Assembly (NCBI GenBank): GCA_951406725.2
Contig: OX597815.1
Location: forward strand, 199,826,001 to 199,890,000
Direction: 5' to 3'
DNA: 64,000 nucleotides
Source: Octopus vulgaris
Lineage: Eukaryota
Position numbers and translations under genes: made by a program. This document shows, piece by piece, positions 15,290-27,619 of the stretch. The stretch's first letter is position 1, and every line of letters starts with the position of its first letter. Below the pieces are notes generated by a model, which was given only the letters and a program-made list of their open reading frames with translations, did not search any database and had not been told where the DNA came from.

Positions 15290-15986
15290 ATATATATATA
15301 TATATTTATTTGTGAGTGTACAGAGAAAGAGGATAAAATTGAATGAATGACTATAAGAAAGGAAAAAAAAAAAGAAGAAGCAACGCAGGCAGACAGGCAA
15401 ACAGATAAAGCGACATACATGAAAGACGAGACAAGACAATTTAAGACTAGATAAGAAAATAAAGATTGATTGCTTGATTGATGCTCCACATAAATATGTG
15501 AAAGAGTTGGAAAAAGTTAAAAGCAAGCTTCCCGTTTGGTTAGTTAACGCCAGCATATTGACGAAAACTCGAGTCAAACTGCCAATTGGCGCAGTCAATT
15601 CATGATTTGTGTTCATTTTCTCTGCCCACTGATTGCTGCTGTTCGTTGCTACTTGCGATGTGTTGGATTCGTCCAAATTCGGGCTTCACCGAACGCCAGT
15701 GACAACAAACCAGACGTGACTAGTTCATTGATTGCACTTAATCATCTCAGGTGATTATGTGTCGAAACTAACCGGCTGGAAATAAAGGCAGTTTGTGAGG
15801 AGGACGAAACGCCGCCATTATTTCCCCCTAAAAACTTTTGCCAACACACCCACACCTACAGACGTCCACCCCACTCCCCAACACTTCAGTTTACACATTT
15901 TATACATTCAGACATTTATACTAGCAGACTCATACATAGGGTCACTCGCATATGTATGTGTATACGCATCGTCATATATTAAGTGT

Positions 15987-16049
<63 letters not shown>

Positions 16050-16148
16050 TATATATATACACATATATATACACACATATATATGTATCTATAAATATAT
16101 ATATATATATACACATACATATATAAATATACATATATATGCACATAC

Positions 16149-16180
<32 letters not shown>

Positions 16181-16475
16181 GATATACACACACATATATG
16201 CATTGTATGTTCGTAAGCATGTATGTATATATATGTCTGTGTATGTATATATATATATGTGCACATATTTATGTATATATGTATGCGCTTGTGTTTGTGC
16301 GTACGTGTATGTATGTGTGTATATGCGTATTTACGTGCCTATCATTCTCGCATACGTAACAGACGGATACATGTATGAATATTAGAGACACACACTCTCA
16401 TATATGGTTGTGCAGACTCGCGTCCTACACATACACATACACACCCATACATACAAACACAAGCTAGCACACACA

Positions 16476-16528
<53 letters not shown>

Positions 16529-16656
16529 ACATTCGTGCATACACACATATATAATGGAAAAATGGAGATACGGAGAAAATTAGAATAAGCAGATATAGAA
16601 ATGCAGTGTGAGATGCAAATATGAGTACAGAAGCAAATGAACACATAGTACGCATA

Positions 16657-16733
<77 letters not shown>

Positions 16734-17161
16734 ATATATATATGAAGAAAGTGAAACAAATATGTTGGTTTATACGCTCCACATACTTACATAATTACGT
16801 ATACAAATACAAAACCAGACACACTTGTATAGCTGCACGTATACATACATAATTGCAACACAGCCAATTGTACAAACACAGATTGTCGTATTAATGTAAG
16901 AATGGCGCTAATGAAAGTCACACGCATACACACACACACACGCACGTTCACACACACACGTGCACATATAAATGCGCGCATGTACACACACATACACACA
17001 CACACACACACCGATGCGCGTACACACAGAGATAGTCACGTGCGCACACACCCATGCAAACACACATACACATATATATATATACACACATGTGTGCACA
17101 TAGAACATTAACTAACAGCGGAATAAAAATAAATAGCCACACGCACACACACACACGCACA

Positions 17162-17213
<52 letters not shown>

Positions 17214-17304
17214 GAGGCACACATTTATATCAGCTTATGTATTATTCTCATACAATACATATATATATCCTCATACGTTCTTACATATAAGAATACATAC
17301 ATAC

Positions 17305-17391
<87 letters not shown>

Positions 17392-17645
17392 ACTGTCTGT
17401 CTGTCTATCGATATTGCACACCCTCGTACTTATATGCGTGAATATATGTATGCACGTGTAAGTATTGTGCTTGTATGTATATGTATGACTGTTCGCACGT
17501 AGAAAATCACATCAATGTACGTACCTATACATATATGCATACATGCATACAAACACACACACATATATATATAGATATACATACACACACACACACACAC
17601 ACACAAACACATATATATATATATTTATACATATAATTATTTATA

Positions 17646-17688
<43 letters not shown>

Positions 17689-18726
17689 ACTCTCAAGTAT
17701 GTATATATATGTATATACATATATATATACATACATATACATATACATACATATATATATATATATATATTTTACACACAAAAATAAATTTATATAGTCT
17801 AGATAACTACATTAACTCGGCAACAACAATTGTACACCGCCACCAATCATAATTACTCAAATATACGCGTACAGAATGGTCGGATAGTATGATATACACC
17901 CAACACAATCAACACACACACTCACACATACACACACACACACACATTGATACACACATATTCATTCTCACACACGCACATACACACCTATTCGCCGAGA
18001 AAACCAGTGACTCGTAAATGCAAATTTCCAACATTGGCACATATAGACATACTGAACGGACAAACACAGAACCGAAAGACAAACGAAAACAGAGAAGACA
18101 CATCGTTTAACTCTCTTACACACACCCACACACACACAAACACACACAAACACATACACACATACGCACACGTACACGCACATCATTCTCCCATATTCAA
18201 GAAAAACACACCTACGTACAGACACACGCACAGACACACGCACAGACATGCAAACTGGGAAGAAATTTTCGAGTACATGGCAATTTAGTTGATATGAATG
18301 TGGTATCTACCCAATAAATATTTACCAACATAAATCTCTCCGCTGGAGATTTTCATGCAACGTCCATTGATTTAAGCAAGAAGACGCAGAGACTGACTTT
18401 TACACTTTCTCTCAGACTATCTGCAGCTGCAAACGGAATCGTTAATATAAACTTTGTGTGTGCATCATTGTTAGGTGTCGTGTAGCGAGATTAAGTATGA
18501 ATGCATATTTCTCAGACAATACATACTTACATGCTTAGTATAAAATATTGTATACGTTATATATTCAAAATATCCAGAATGACTAATATATTTTATGTGT
18601 ATACATACATACACACCCATCTATATTCATTATTCATACACACGTATAGATGTATATCACGCGTTACTAATATATATACGTAAAGAGATATATGTGATAT
18701 ATAACATATACATGAATAAATGTATA

Positions 18727-18765
<39 letters not shown>

Positions 18766-18809
18766 CTCTCACTATCAATATTATATATGTGTGTGTGTGT
18801 GTGTGTATT

Positions 18810-18925
18810 ACTTTAGAATTATAAAGATTGGGACAGGTGAGAGGACAATAAAGTGTATTAGTTTGACGCTCAAGAAGAATGGAAATCTTTGGTGTTTCGG
18901 GCCTACGCTCTTCAATAGAAAGTAG
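18810..18925 (-). mobile_element. Decayed copy of the hammerhead-like element (subfamily 1)
   Basis: The reverse complement of 18887-18922 reads CTTT-CTATTGAA-GAGCGTAGGCCC-GAAACACC-AAAG. Confidence 0.6.
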
Positions 18926-19015
18926 AAGTCACTTGCTCAATGTGCTACGCAGTGGGACTGAACCCGGAACTATGACGTTCATAAACAAGCTACTTACCAC
19001 ACAGCCACTCCTACG

Positions 19016-19018
<3 letters not shown>
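18926..19018 (-). mobile_element. SINE family A, head fragment
   Basis: Contains GCAGTGGGACTGAACCCGGAAC...ACCACACAGCCACTCCTACGCC. Confidence 0.85.
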
Positions 19019-19065
<47 letters not shown>

Positions 19066-19139
19066 CATATATATATATATAGGGCCGGTAGCATTTGGTA
19101 AAGCTATCGAATATAGCGCCGATGACGGAAATCAAACTA

Positions 19140-19176
<37 letters not shown>

Positions 19177-19794
19177 ACTAAATTAAGACTTCTGATCAAG
19201 GCATACTATCCATCAATCCATGACCTCCCTATTATATTTTCCAAGAATCTATCCCAAACTACATTTTCCACGTCTGGGGGTATTTTTTGAGGTAATAAAA
19301 GTGCGGTTCAAAAAGAATTTAGTTTATATTTTGATCAAAACTAGATTCTGCACAGATGCTTCTTTGTTGGTTCGTGGTCAGTTCAAGAAACCTATACTGA
19401 TACTTGAACTCACAACTTCTGAACCAACTTTTGATCCAGCAATCAAATATCTAATCTATTCAAGAGTGTTTCCACTATTCACATCCTTAGTCCAATACCA
19501 CTGCTCATGAAACTCTGTTGCCTGTTCTGTGGCTTTGCTATACACGAATGCCTTTTTCTTTGTTTTTCTTAACACATACATTCATATTTGGCGCAAACAT
19601 GGTTGAAATTGTCAGGAAATTTGTTTCGTAATTGTGATGGCCCACATTCAATTTCACTCTATGGATCCTCAGGTCAGTGTAAGGCATACGAATGAAATTG
19701 GGCCGGCGAATCGCGTGTGGCCATCTGTCAGATGCATTATGCTTGTAATACAAATATCTGCATCTGCTAGCAACGAGGAAAGCAAAGATGAATT

Positions 19795-20072
19795 CGGTGA
19801 AGGATTTTAGTTCTTGGGTAACAACTCCGATGCTGGCATAAAAACTGGAAAAGCACGGGCTTAGACAGTGTGTAACAAACATAAGAGAATATGGACGTCA
19901 AGAGTGTCAAGGGGAATAAAAATCGCGCTGTTCCTTGCAACTGTTGAGTTAGCGCTCTTGTATGGCATAAAATATGGACATCTATCAAATATGCAGAGAA
20001 GAGTTTACATAGCTGTTACACAAGGATATCACGAATGGCCTTGGGTACGAAATGGCCACAGCACATGATCAA
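19795..20072 (+). pseudogene. RTE-clade LINE relic, RT C-terminal region
   Basis: Reads [38 protein letters not shown]...[19 protein letters not shown], matching the RTE pattern IW-S..K..LF.A.V...LLYG...R.L...W..H..N. Confidence 0.75.
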
Positions 20073-20121
20073 TTACCTACCTACCTACCTACCTACCTAC
20101 CTACCTACCAACATACATACA

Positions 20122-20190
<69 letters not shown>

Positions 20191-20319
20191 GCCTGTCTGT
20201 CTGTCTACCTGTCTGTCAGTCTGTCTGCCTGTCTGTGTACCCATGTACCTACCAACATACCTACCTACCTACCTACTTACCTACCTACCTACCTATCTAC
20301 CTACCTACCTACCTACCTA

Positions 20320-21245
20320 GGCGATCCATTTGCTGTCAACACCCGTTAAAAGGAGGGCTGGGCATGCCGTGGTTGATGATGCGCAGACACGCGCTGAGAC
20401 TGCAGCATCTCTGGCTCTATGTAGACGACGGTGAACAGGTGTGGTCGCCGTTTGTGAGGCACGCTTTCCCGCAGCTCGTCTCCATGACCGAACTGCAGTC
20501 GTGGATCAAAAAGAGGCCGAGGAAGGGCGAATGGCACCGCGAGTGTCGCGTTGCTCTCAAGCAACTCTGCCGTCCTGGGTCGACCTTAAGTGACTTCAAC
20601 ACAACCAAAGCATTCTATAGGGGTTTAGTGGAGGGGAGGTACGACGACGAACTCGGGGCGAACCTGGACGTCGACGAGGAGTACCTGACCCGCCTGTTCA
20701 GGACGACTTTCGGGCCAGGGCCCATGGACAACTTCCAGAGATCCCTGGCCTGGCAGTGCTACCGAGAAGCGCTACCCGTTCGGGATAAGCTCTACAGACA
20801 CGGCTCGAGAAACACGGGGCCGACCTGCCCGAGATGCGGTCAGAGCGACGAAACCGTTCTGCACGCACTCGTTCAGTGCCCAACAATTTCCGACCTGTGG
20901 GCTTATGTCGAACAACTGCTGTCACGTGTGGGACGAGTCGGTTTATCAGCTGAGTCTATCGTCAATATTGTCACGCCTCCTTCCTTCAAACGGGAAGGAA
21001 GAGCTATTTTCATCATCCTTGTGGCTATGGCGAAAGAATGTATCTGGTGGACGCGTCTGAAAGGATTGGAGACAAACACTTTCCTCTCTGGTCAATCTCT
21101 CATCAACTTCTTCAAGTACCACTTGAAAAGGAAAGTGAGAGTAGAGAGGCAAGTTTTGTCTAGCGAATGTTTTAAAAAAAGATGGGTGAATGTAGCAAGA
21201 ATGGCACGTATGAATGACGAAGCCACCTTGAGCATAGTCCTATGA
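20320..21245 (+). CDS. Tx1/L1-like ORF2 C-terminal fragment with zf-RVT zinc-binding domain; no native start
   Basis: About 300 uninterrupted codons: [12 protein letters not shown] (post-RT GGLG motif), [15 protein letters not shown] and [18 protein letters not shown] (C-x2-C-x8-H-x4-C). The N-terminal part of track ORF 20052..21245 is read through microsatellite. Confidence 0.88.
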
Positions 21246-21529
21246 ACCCAGAAATCGAAAACAGAGAGTTGCTTATTTGCAAAAAAAAAAAAAAAAAAAA
21301 AAAGAAATATAAAATGTGACTTCATTGACCGAGGTTACCGTGGTCTTTTCCGTAGGCTTTTCTTTCCACGGGTAAACCTCACCTGTCCTCCCCTTTACAC
21401 TTCATATTGACATTTCTGTGATAACGATCCCTATTGATCAATTTTTTTTCCTCTCCCCCTTTTTTTTTAACCCCCTTTTTTTGTCCTCTTTCTCTCCTTT
21501 TACGATCCCTTTTGATCGAAACTCCCCCT

Positions 21530-21563
<34 letters not shown>

Positions 21564-21638
21564 CTTCAAAAGAAAAGCTCTACCTTGTAATTTGTTCTAT
21601 CTGTGTGCAGCCCTGTGTGGCTAATAAAGAAACATATC
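20320..21638 (+). mobile_element. Young 5'-truncated L1/Tx1-clade non-LTR retrotransposon (ORF2 C-terminus plus 3' UTR)
   Basis: GC-rich insert starting abruptly after (CCTA)n. Its pyrimidine-rich 3' UTR ends AATAAAGAAACATATCT. Confidence 0.92.
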
Positions 21639-22441
21639 TGATTATGTGAGTCAACATCTAGAATGTTTGTACATTGTCTCTTTCTTTCTCTCTCTCTCTC
21701 TCTCTTTCCCCTTCTCCTTTTCCCTATCCGTTTCCCTCTCTCTTCCACTCTCTGTATCTGCAAGAATATATTTCTGCACACGCCGACGTATGTTTGTCTC
21801 CAGTATCAAAATCTACTCTCACAAAAGCAGGCTGAATGCTCAGTCAGCCATGCCACATCGTAAATCTCTTTGTCGTAAATCGTAAATATCTTAGTCGCGG
21901 CTAACATTTCATTCTGTCACGCTGATTCTGCCGAAAGATTACGTTAAGGTTACAAATCTATACGGAAAGGCTCAGCTACATATTCCATAATACAAAAATT
22001 AGTCCTATTGTTCGAAGTAACTAGAATTCTCAGCAGGGAAAGCGACGAAAAATAGATCCTTTCGCGTTGTACATTTATTCTCAAGAAAATCAACTCGTTA
22101 TTGAAGGATTCCAGAAACTATTCGCCAATTTCAAACCAGTTTGTTTGTCCACACTACATTCGACAGAAGCCAATTCTTATATTGCAAATTACGGGATCCG
22201 ATGCTGGCTACGTGAAAGGACTTGATTTCAGTTGCTGGTCCCTTCTACTTGCACGTTACTAGTATTTCATAAATTGATAGATATCTGTTTAATTTGCTTG
22301 TCAAATTTGTTTGGCTTTCTTTTGTTTGTCGTACTTGGCTCAAGGCCACCATTTTGTTAGGAAAGTCGATATAGCCACTTACGTACTCACACACACACAC
22401 ATACACACATATACGCACACACAGACACACAGACGAGAGAG

Positions 22442-22472
<31 letters not shown>

Positions 22473-22770
22473 TTTATTCTTTCCTTTTTTTATTTTTTCC
22501 ATATAATGCATACATTAAAATTAGGTGTGTGTGCGTGCATGTGTATGTGTGAATGTGTACGCATGTGTGTATGAGTGTGTGTGTGTGTGTGCACGCGTAT
22601 GTATATGGAAGGATAGAGACTGAAACAAAGAAAGAAAGAGAGAGAGAGAGAGAGAATGAGAGAGACAGAAAGAGAGACTCATTGAGAAATACATAGATTT
22701 TCATGATGTGATCATAATAATCCGCAATATGAAAGAACCGAACGTTAGAGATAAGACACTTGGAGCTTAC

Positions 22771-22867
22771 CGTTTTCTTACAGTATTGCCAGATGCTGCA
22801 ACTCTCGTCTTCACCGAGAAGACGACAGTCGTAACATTTCGCCACGTAGTAAGACGATAACAAGCAT
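22771..22867 (-). CDS. Tentative coding exon of a Cys-rich (Ly6/uPAR-like) repeat protein
   Basis: Translates as [25 protein letters not shown], followed by a phase-0 donor ACG|GTAAGC. The acceptor is weak and no partner exon was found. Confidence 0.25.
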
Positions 22868-22910
22868 CTAGTGTACACACACACATACGCATTTATACAT
22901 ATCTCTATCT

Positions 22911-22967
<57 letters not shown>

Positions 22968-22976
22968 CATCCATCC

Positions 22977-23039
<63 letters not shown>

Positions 23040-23099
23040 CATCCATCCATCCATCTATCTCTCTATCTATCTGTTTATCTATCTATCTATCTGTAATTA

Positions 23100-23545
23100 A
23101 TAATATTAAGGACTGATAAGAAATATTAGAAATTTCTACAACCAGTGGCTTAGCGTGTAAACATTTAGTCAAGAGCCTATATATTATTCATATAAATACA
23201 GTGTACATTTAAGCACATAAGAGGCATCCATCATAGGATTCCTTGCACGCTAGGGCAAGGAGTTCAATGATGGATGCCTTTTATGTGTTTAAATGTACAC
23301 TGTATTTCGTTTTTGGATTTGGTTTGCAAGATTCTTTATATGAGCTCGTGTGTTGAAGCATATTCTCTTGTGTCTGGGGAGAGTCATTTTCTTTTTGTGC
23401 CTTATAATGTAACACACTCACCGGTAAAATTTCCACTTATTTCTTATTTTTATTTTCCTAAAATTTTCGATGCGTCTTGCAACCTTTTCAATAGTCTTGA
23501 CTCTCAACTAACTTGACTCTTGCAACCTTTTCAATAGTCTTGACT
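23100..23545. repeat. Composite interspersed repeat with a 53-bp hairpin (23194-23307) and a terminal 28-bp direct repeat
   Basis: The hairpin was paired base by base. TCTTGCAACCTTTTCAATAGTCTTGACT occurs at 23475-23502 and 23518-23545. Confidence 0.7.
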
Positions 23546-24209
23546 TTGTCCGTTATTTACACTGCGTTCCTTTTTGCTTGTTTGTGCGCATGTGTGTGTG
23601 GGTCAGTGTGTGTGTGTGTGCCTATACATGCATGTACGCATGTATGTGTGTATATATGTATGCATGTGTGTATGTATGTATATATGTATGTGTATGCATA
23701 TGTATATATGTATGTATGTGTGTGCATCTGTATGTAGCCTGCATATTCATGTGCTTTTATGTCCGTGTTTGTGTATTTTCCATGTATGTGTGTGTGAGCG
23801 TGTGTTTATATATGTATGCATCTCTGTCTCCTTGTGTGTGCATGTTTGTGTATGTGTGTGTTTTGCAACTATGTACCATGTTTGTATGTATGGATGTGCA
23901 TCTCCATATGTGTGGACCCGTGTCTCCATATGTGTCCTTGTGTGAAGTAAAATGTGTGTATATATATATGGTCATGTGTTTAAGTCTCCATTTGCGTATG
24001 TGTGCTTGTCTGTTCTTATAACCTATGTACCTATCCGTCTATATGTTGATCTGTTTATTTTCATATCTATATGCTTACATACAAAAACAATTACATGTGC
24101 ACACACCCCCACACCCCCACACACACATACATACATCAATCTACATAATAGTCCACTAACTATTCTACTCTACCTGTGTAAACTGTGGGTATGGAGGTAT
24201 GTTATCTAC

Positions 24210-24300
24210 TATGTATATTTCCTAGTTAGTATTGGGGGTGTTTCATTTATGAGGACGTCCTCTTGTATTTGTCTGAGTATTGGGTCCTTTGGGTGCTTGG
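24210..24300 (-). pseudogene. Possible Penelope GIY-YIG C-terminal fragment
   Basis: KHPKDPILRQIQEDVLINETPPILTRK resembles the R-x-I-x-E-A-x-x-I...P-x-L-N-x-K end of the domain. Confidence 0.4.
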
Positions 24301-24303
24301 ATG

Positions 24304-24515
24304 TCGATGGTATGCTGTAAAGGTACTAGCTTTGGGTAAAAGTACAGGAAGACCGGTTAATTATGATTGTATTCAACATATTCCCTTCTCAGATTCACAG
24401 ACCTATTGCAACGGTCCTTCAGTTTTCTAAGCCCTGAATGAACTCGGAAGACTGGACCTCCAGCCAGGCCCTTCGCGATACCCTTAAAGTAAGGAACTTT
24501 TCAGCACCTCCTCGT
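24304..24515 (-). mobile_element. Tc1/mariner-derived MITE
   Basis: Decayed ~30-bp terminal inverted repeats (CGA..G..TGCTG.AAAG.T.CT..CTTT versus AAAGTAAGGAACTTTTCAGCACCTCCTCGT). The inside resembles a mariner transposase C-terminus (G-E-Y-V-E-like end). Confidence 0.7.
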
Positions 24516-25017
24516 TTGCATGCATGCATGCATACATACATACATGCATGCATACATACACACATACATGCTTACATACATGCATACATACATACATGCA
24601 TACATACATGCATTCATGCATGCATACATACATAATACATACATGCATGCATACATGCATACATACATAAATACAAGCATGCATACATACATGCATACAT
24701 ACATAATGCATACATGCATAAATACATATAAACATGCATACATACACACATACTTACACATATACATACATACATATATATATTCATAAGTTAAATAATG
24801 AGAATAGAAATTAATATTATTAATCAATATCAATTTAAATCAGTAGCTAGCATACTTAAAAGTGTCATGTAATAAAATATATATATATATATTTATATAT
24901 ATTTAAAAAATAGGGTAAAATCTTAATAAGATAAAATTTTAATAAGAAATTATCAAGTAGTTCGCGTGAAAACCTCATAAGAGAAAAAATCTGTAAATTT
25001 TTTCACTTGAAAATATT

Positions 25018-25172
25018 TATTTATATTATATAGAGGGCACTATTACACATAGATGCCGCACGCTAGGAGAGACTTTTAAAGTCATAACTACCAAATATAA
25101 ACAAATCGTACCGAATGCAATTCTCGAAGCGAGTCATTTATGTGTAATAATGCCCTCTATATAATATAAATA
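25018..25172. repeat. 38-bp inverted repeat with 79-bp spacer in an AT-rich element
   Basis: 25018-25055 versus 25135-25172, two mismatches. Confidence 0.85.
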
Positions 25173-25817
25173 TATTTATATATATATACTTTTATTCTTT
25201 TATACGTTTCAGCCCTAAAGCTGTGGCCATGCTGGGGCACTGCCTGTGTAATCACCTTTTCAATTATCAATCTTATTTGATTGGCGTTTGGTGAACGAAG
25301 TACGTACTACTGAAATTAAAGTACAAACAGCTAAGTATTCTAGAGACAAGTTAAACGATATGATAATTCTGAGATTGAAACAGTTATAGCAATATGTAGC
25401 AATACTGGTCAGGGTTCGTCTGCTCGCTATGTAAATAGCCTGACACAAGATGCTAAAGAGTGGGTCCGAAAGTGAAAATCAATGATTGCAAGCCAACTTA
25501 GTAACCAAACACGCTATATCTGAGTTCATAATACACACACACGCACACACACACACACACATACACAGAAGTAAACGGACTCCGACACACACACACACAC
25601 AATTATGACGATAGTGAGGTTAATCAAGTGATTAAGAAGATAATTTAAATGTCGATTTTATATTAGCTCAAGTGTTTCATACAGATATTGTGCAGTATTT
25701 TTGTAATATTATTGAGTCTTCTGAAGATGAGGTGAATAACACTTCAAACACCTGGTATGGTGTAAGTATGACCAGAAGAAAATAAACACACGCGCACACA
25801 TACATATAGGCAAAAGA

Positions 25818-25859
<42 letters not shown>

Positions 25860-26210
25860 AAAAAAAAAAAGAAATATAAAATGTGACTTCATTGACCGAG
25901 GTTACCGTGGTCTTTTCCGTAGGCTTTTCTTTCCACGGGTAAACCTCACCTGTCCTCCCCTTTACACTTCATATTGACATTTCTGTGATAACGATCCCTA
26001 TTGATCAATTTTTTTTCCTCTCCCCCTTTTTTTTTTAACCCCCCTTTTTTTTGTCCTCTTTCTCTCCTTTTACGATCCCTTTTGATCGAAACTCCCCCTT
26101 CCTTTTTTTTTTTTTTTTTTTTTTAAACCTTCAAAAGAAAAGCTCTACCTTGTAATTTGTTCTATCTGTGTGCAGCCCTGTGTGGCTAATAAAGAAACAT
26201 ATCTATCTAT
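25860..26210 (+). mobile_element. 3' UTR copy of the Tx1-like LINE inside a (TCTA)n array
   Basis: Matches 21290-21638 apart from homopolymer lengths. (TCTA)n lies on both sides. Confidence 0.93.
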
Positions 26211-26227
26211 CTATCTATCTATCTATG

Positions 26228-26470
26228 TTTTTGTTCCTTTTCCTTTTCTTTTTTTCTTTCTTTTTATTCTTTTTATTTTTATTTTATTTATTTATTTATT
26301 TTTGTTCTTTTCTTCCCTTTTACGATCCCTCTTGATCGAAAACCTACGCCACCCCTTTTTTTTTCTTTCTTTTGTTTTTTGTTTTTTTCATCCCCAAAAA
26401 AGAAAAGCTCTACCTTGTAACTTGTCCCATCTGTGTGCAGCCCTGTGTGGCCAATAAAGAAACTTATCTA
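26228..26470 (+). mobile_element. 3' end copy of the Tx1-like LINE (related subfamily)
   Basis: CGATCCCTCTTGATCG hairpin and AAAAGCTCTACCTTGTAACTTGTCCCATCTGTGTGCAGCCCTGTGTGGCCAATAAAGAAACTTATCT, then (TCTG/TCTA)n. Confidence 0.9.
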
Positions 26471-26506
26471 TCTGTCTGTCTATCTGTCTGTCTATCTGTC
26501 TGTCTA

Positions 26507-26588
<82 letters not shown>

Positions 26589-26645
26589 CATCGATCTATC
26601 TATGTGTATGTACATATATACATACGTACATACATGCACACATAC

Positions 26646-26690
<45 letters not shown>

Positions 26691-27139
26691 TATACGCGAG
26701 TGTCTGAATACATACACACACTCACACATGCATTAAAGAAGAAAGAAAATGGCAATTAGGAAATTAATAATTGTTTATTTTAGTCTGCTCAAACGAATTG
26801 ATAAGCCCACATATAACATCTTTTTTCCTCTGATGAAATTATACTCATGTCACATAAATGTAAATTTAAAGCACAAGTTTGTAATTAAATCATTGAGAAT
26901 TAATTGAAACGGCTGCAAAAAGCAAAGATGACTAATTTGTTGTTAACAATAAACGATTATTAACTTCGTAATCTCCGTTTCCTTTTGTTCTTTTAAATGG
27001 ATATAAACTATATGCTTTATGTATACCTGTTATTTTAAGAGAATTCCTTTCCTCAAAATACTAGATATTGAACCAGTATTTCCTTCGATGAAACCGTCCC
27101 TTCATGAGGTTAACATATCCTCATACTAAATTTATATAC

Positions 27140-27230
<91 letters not shown>

Positions 27231-27233
<3 letters not shown>

Positions 27234-27418
27234 GATCCCTATTGATCGGTCCCACTTTTTTTTCACGATCCCTTTTGATCGGACCCCCCCTTTTTTTTCA
27301 CGATTCCTTTGATAGGAATTCGCCCCCCCTTTCCTCCTTCTTTTCTTCCCAAAAAGAAAAGCTCTACTTTATATTTTGTCCCTTCTGTGTTTAGCCCTAC
27401 GTGGCCAATAAAGAAATC

Positions 27419-27420
<2 letters not shown>
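27231..27420 (+). mobile_element. Diverged 3' end copy of the Tx1-like LINE
   Basis: Three CGATC..GATCG-type motifs and AAAAGCTCTAC...GTGGCCAATAAAGAAA, then a long (TCTA)n. Confidence 0.85.
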
Positions 27421-27487
<67 letters not shown>

Positions 27488-27619
27488 GTCTATCTATCTA
27501 TCTATCTATCTATTGACCTAAATATGTTTGTATCAAAGACCTTTTATACTTCATATAATCAGCTAATACTTGTAGGAAAGTAATGAACATCTCTGCTGCT
27601 CTGATCTTGCGTTTGTGGG

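Noticed and set aside
18328-18430. Minus-strand exon-like segment with AG/GT borders
   Set aside because: There are stops in all three frames. It could be non-coding but I cannot support that from sequence.
20052-20319. N-terminal part of the 397-aa ORF as a fusion protein
   Set aside because: It is chance read-through from an RTE relic across (CCTA/TCTA)n into the truncated LINE.
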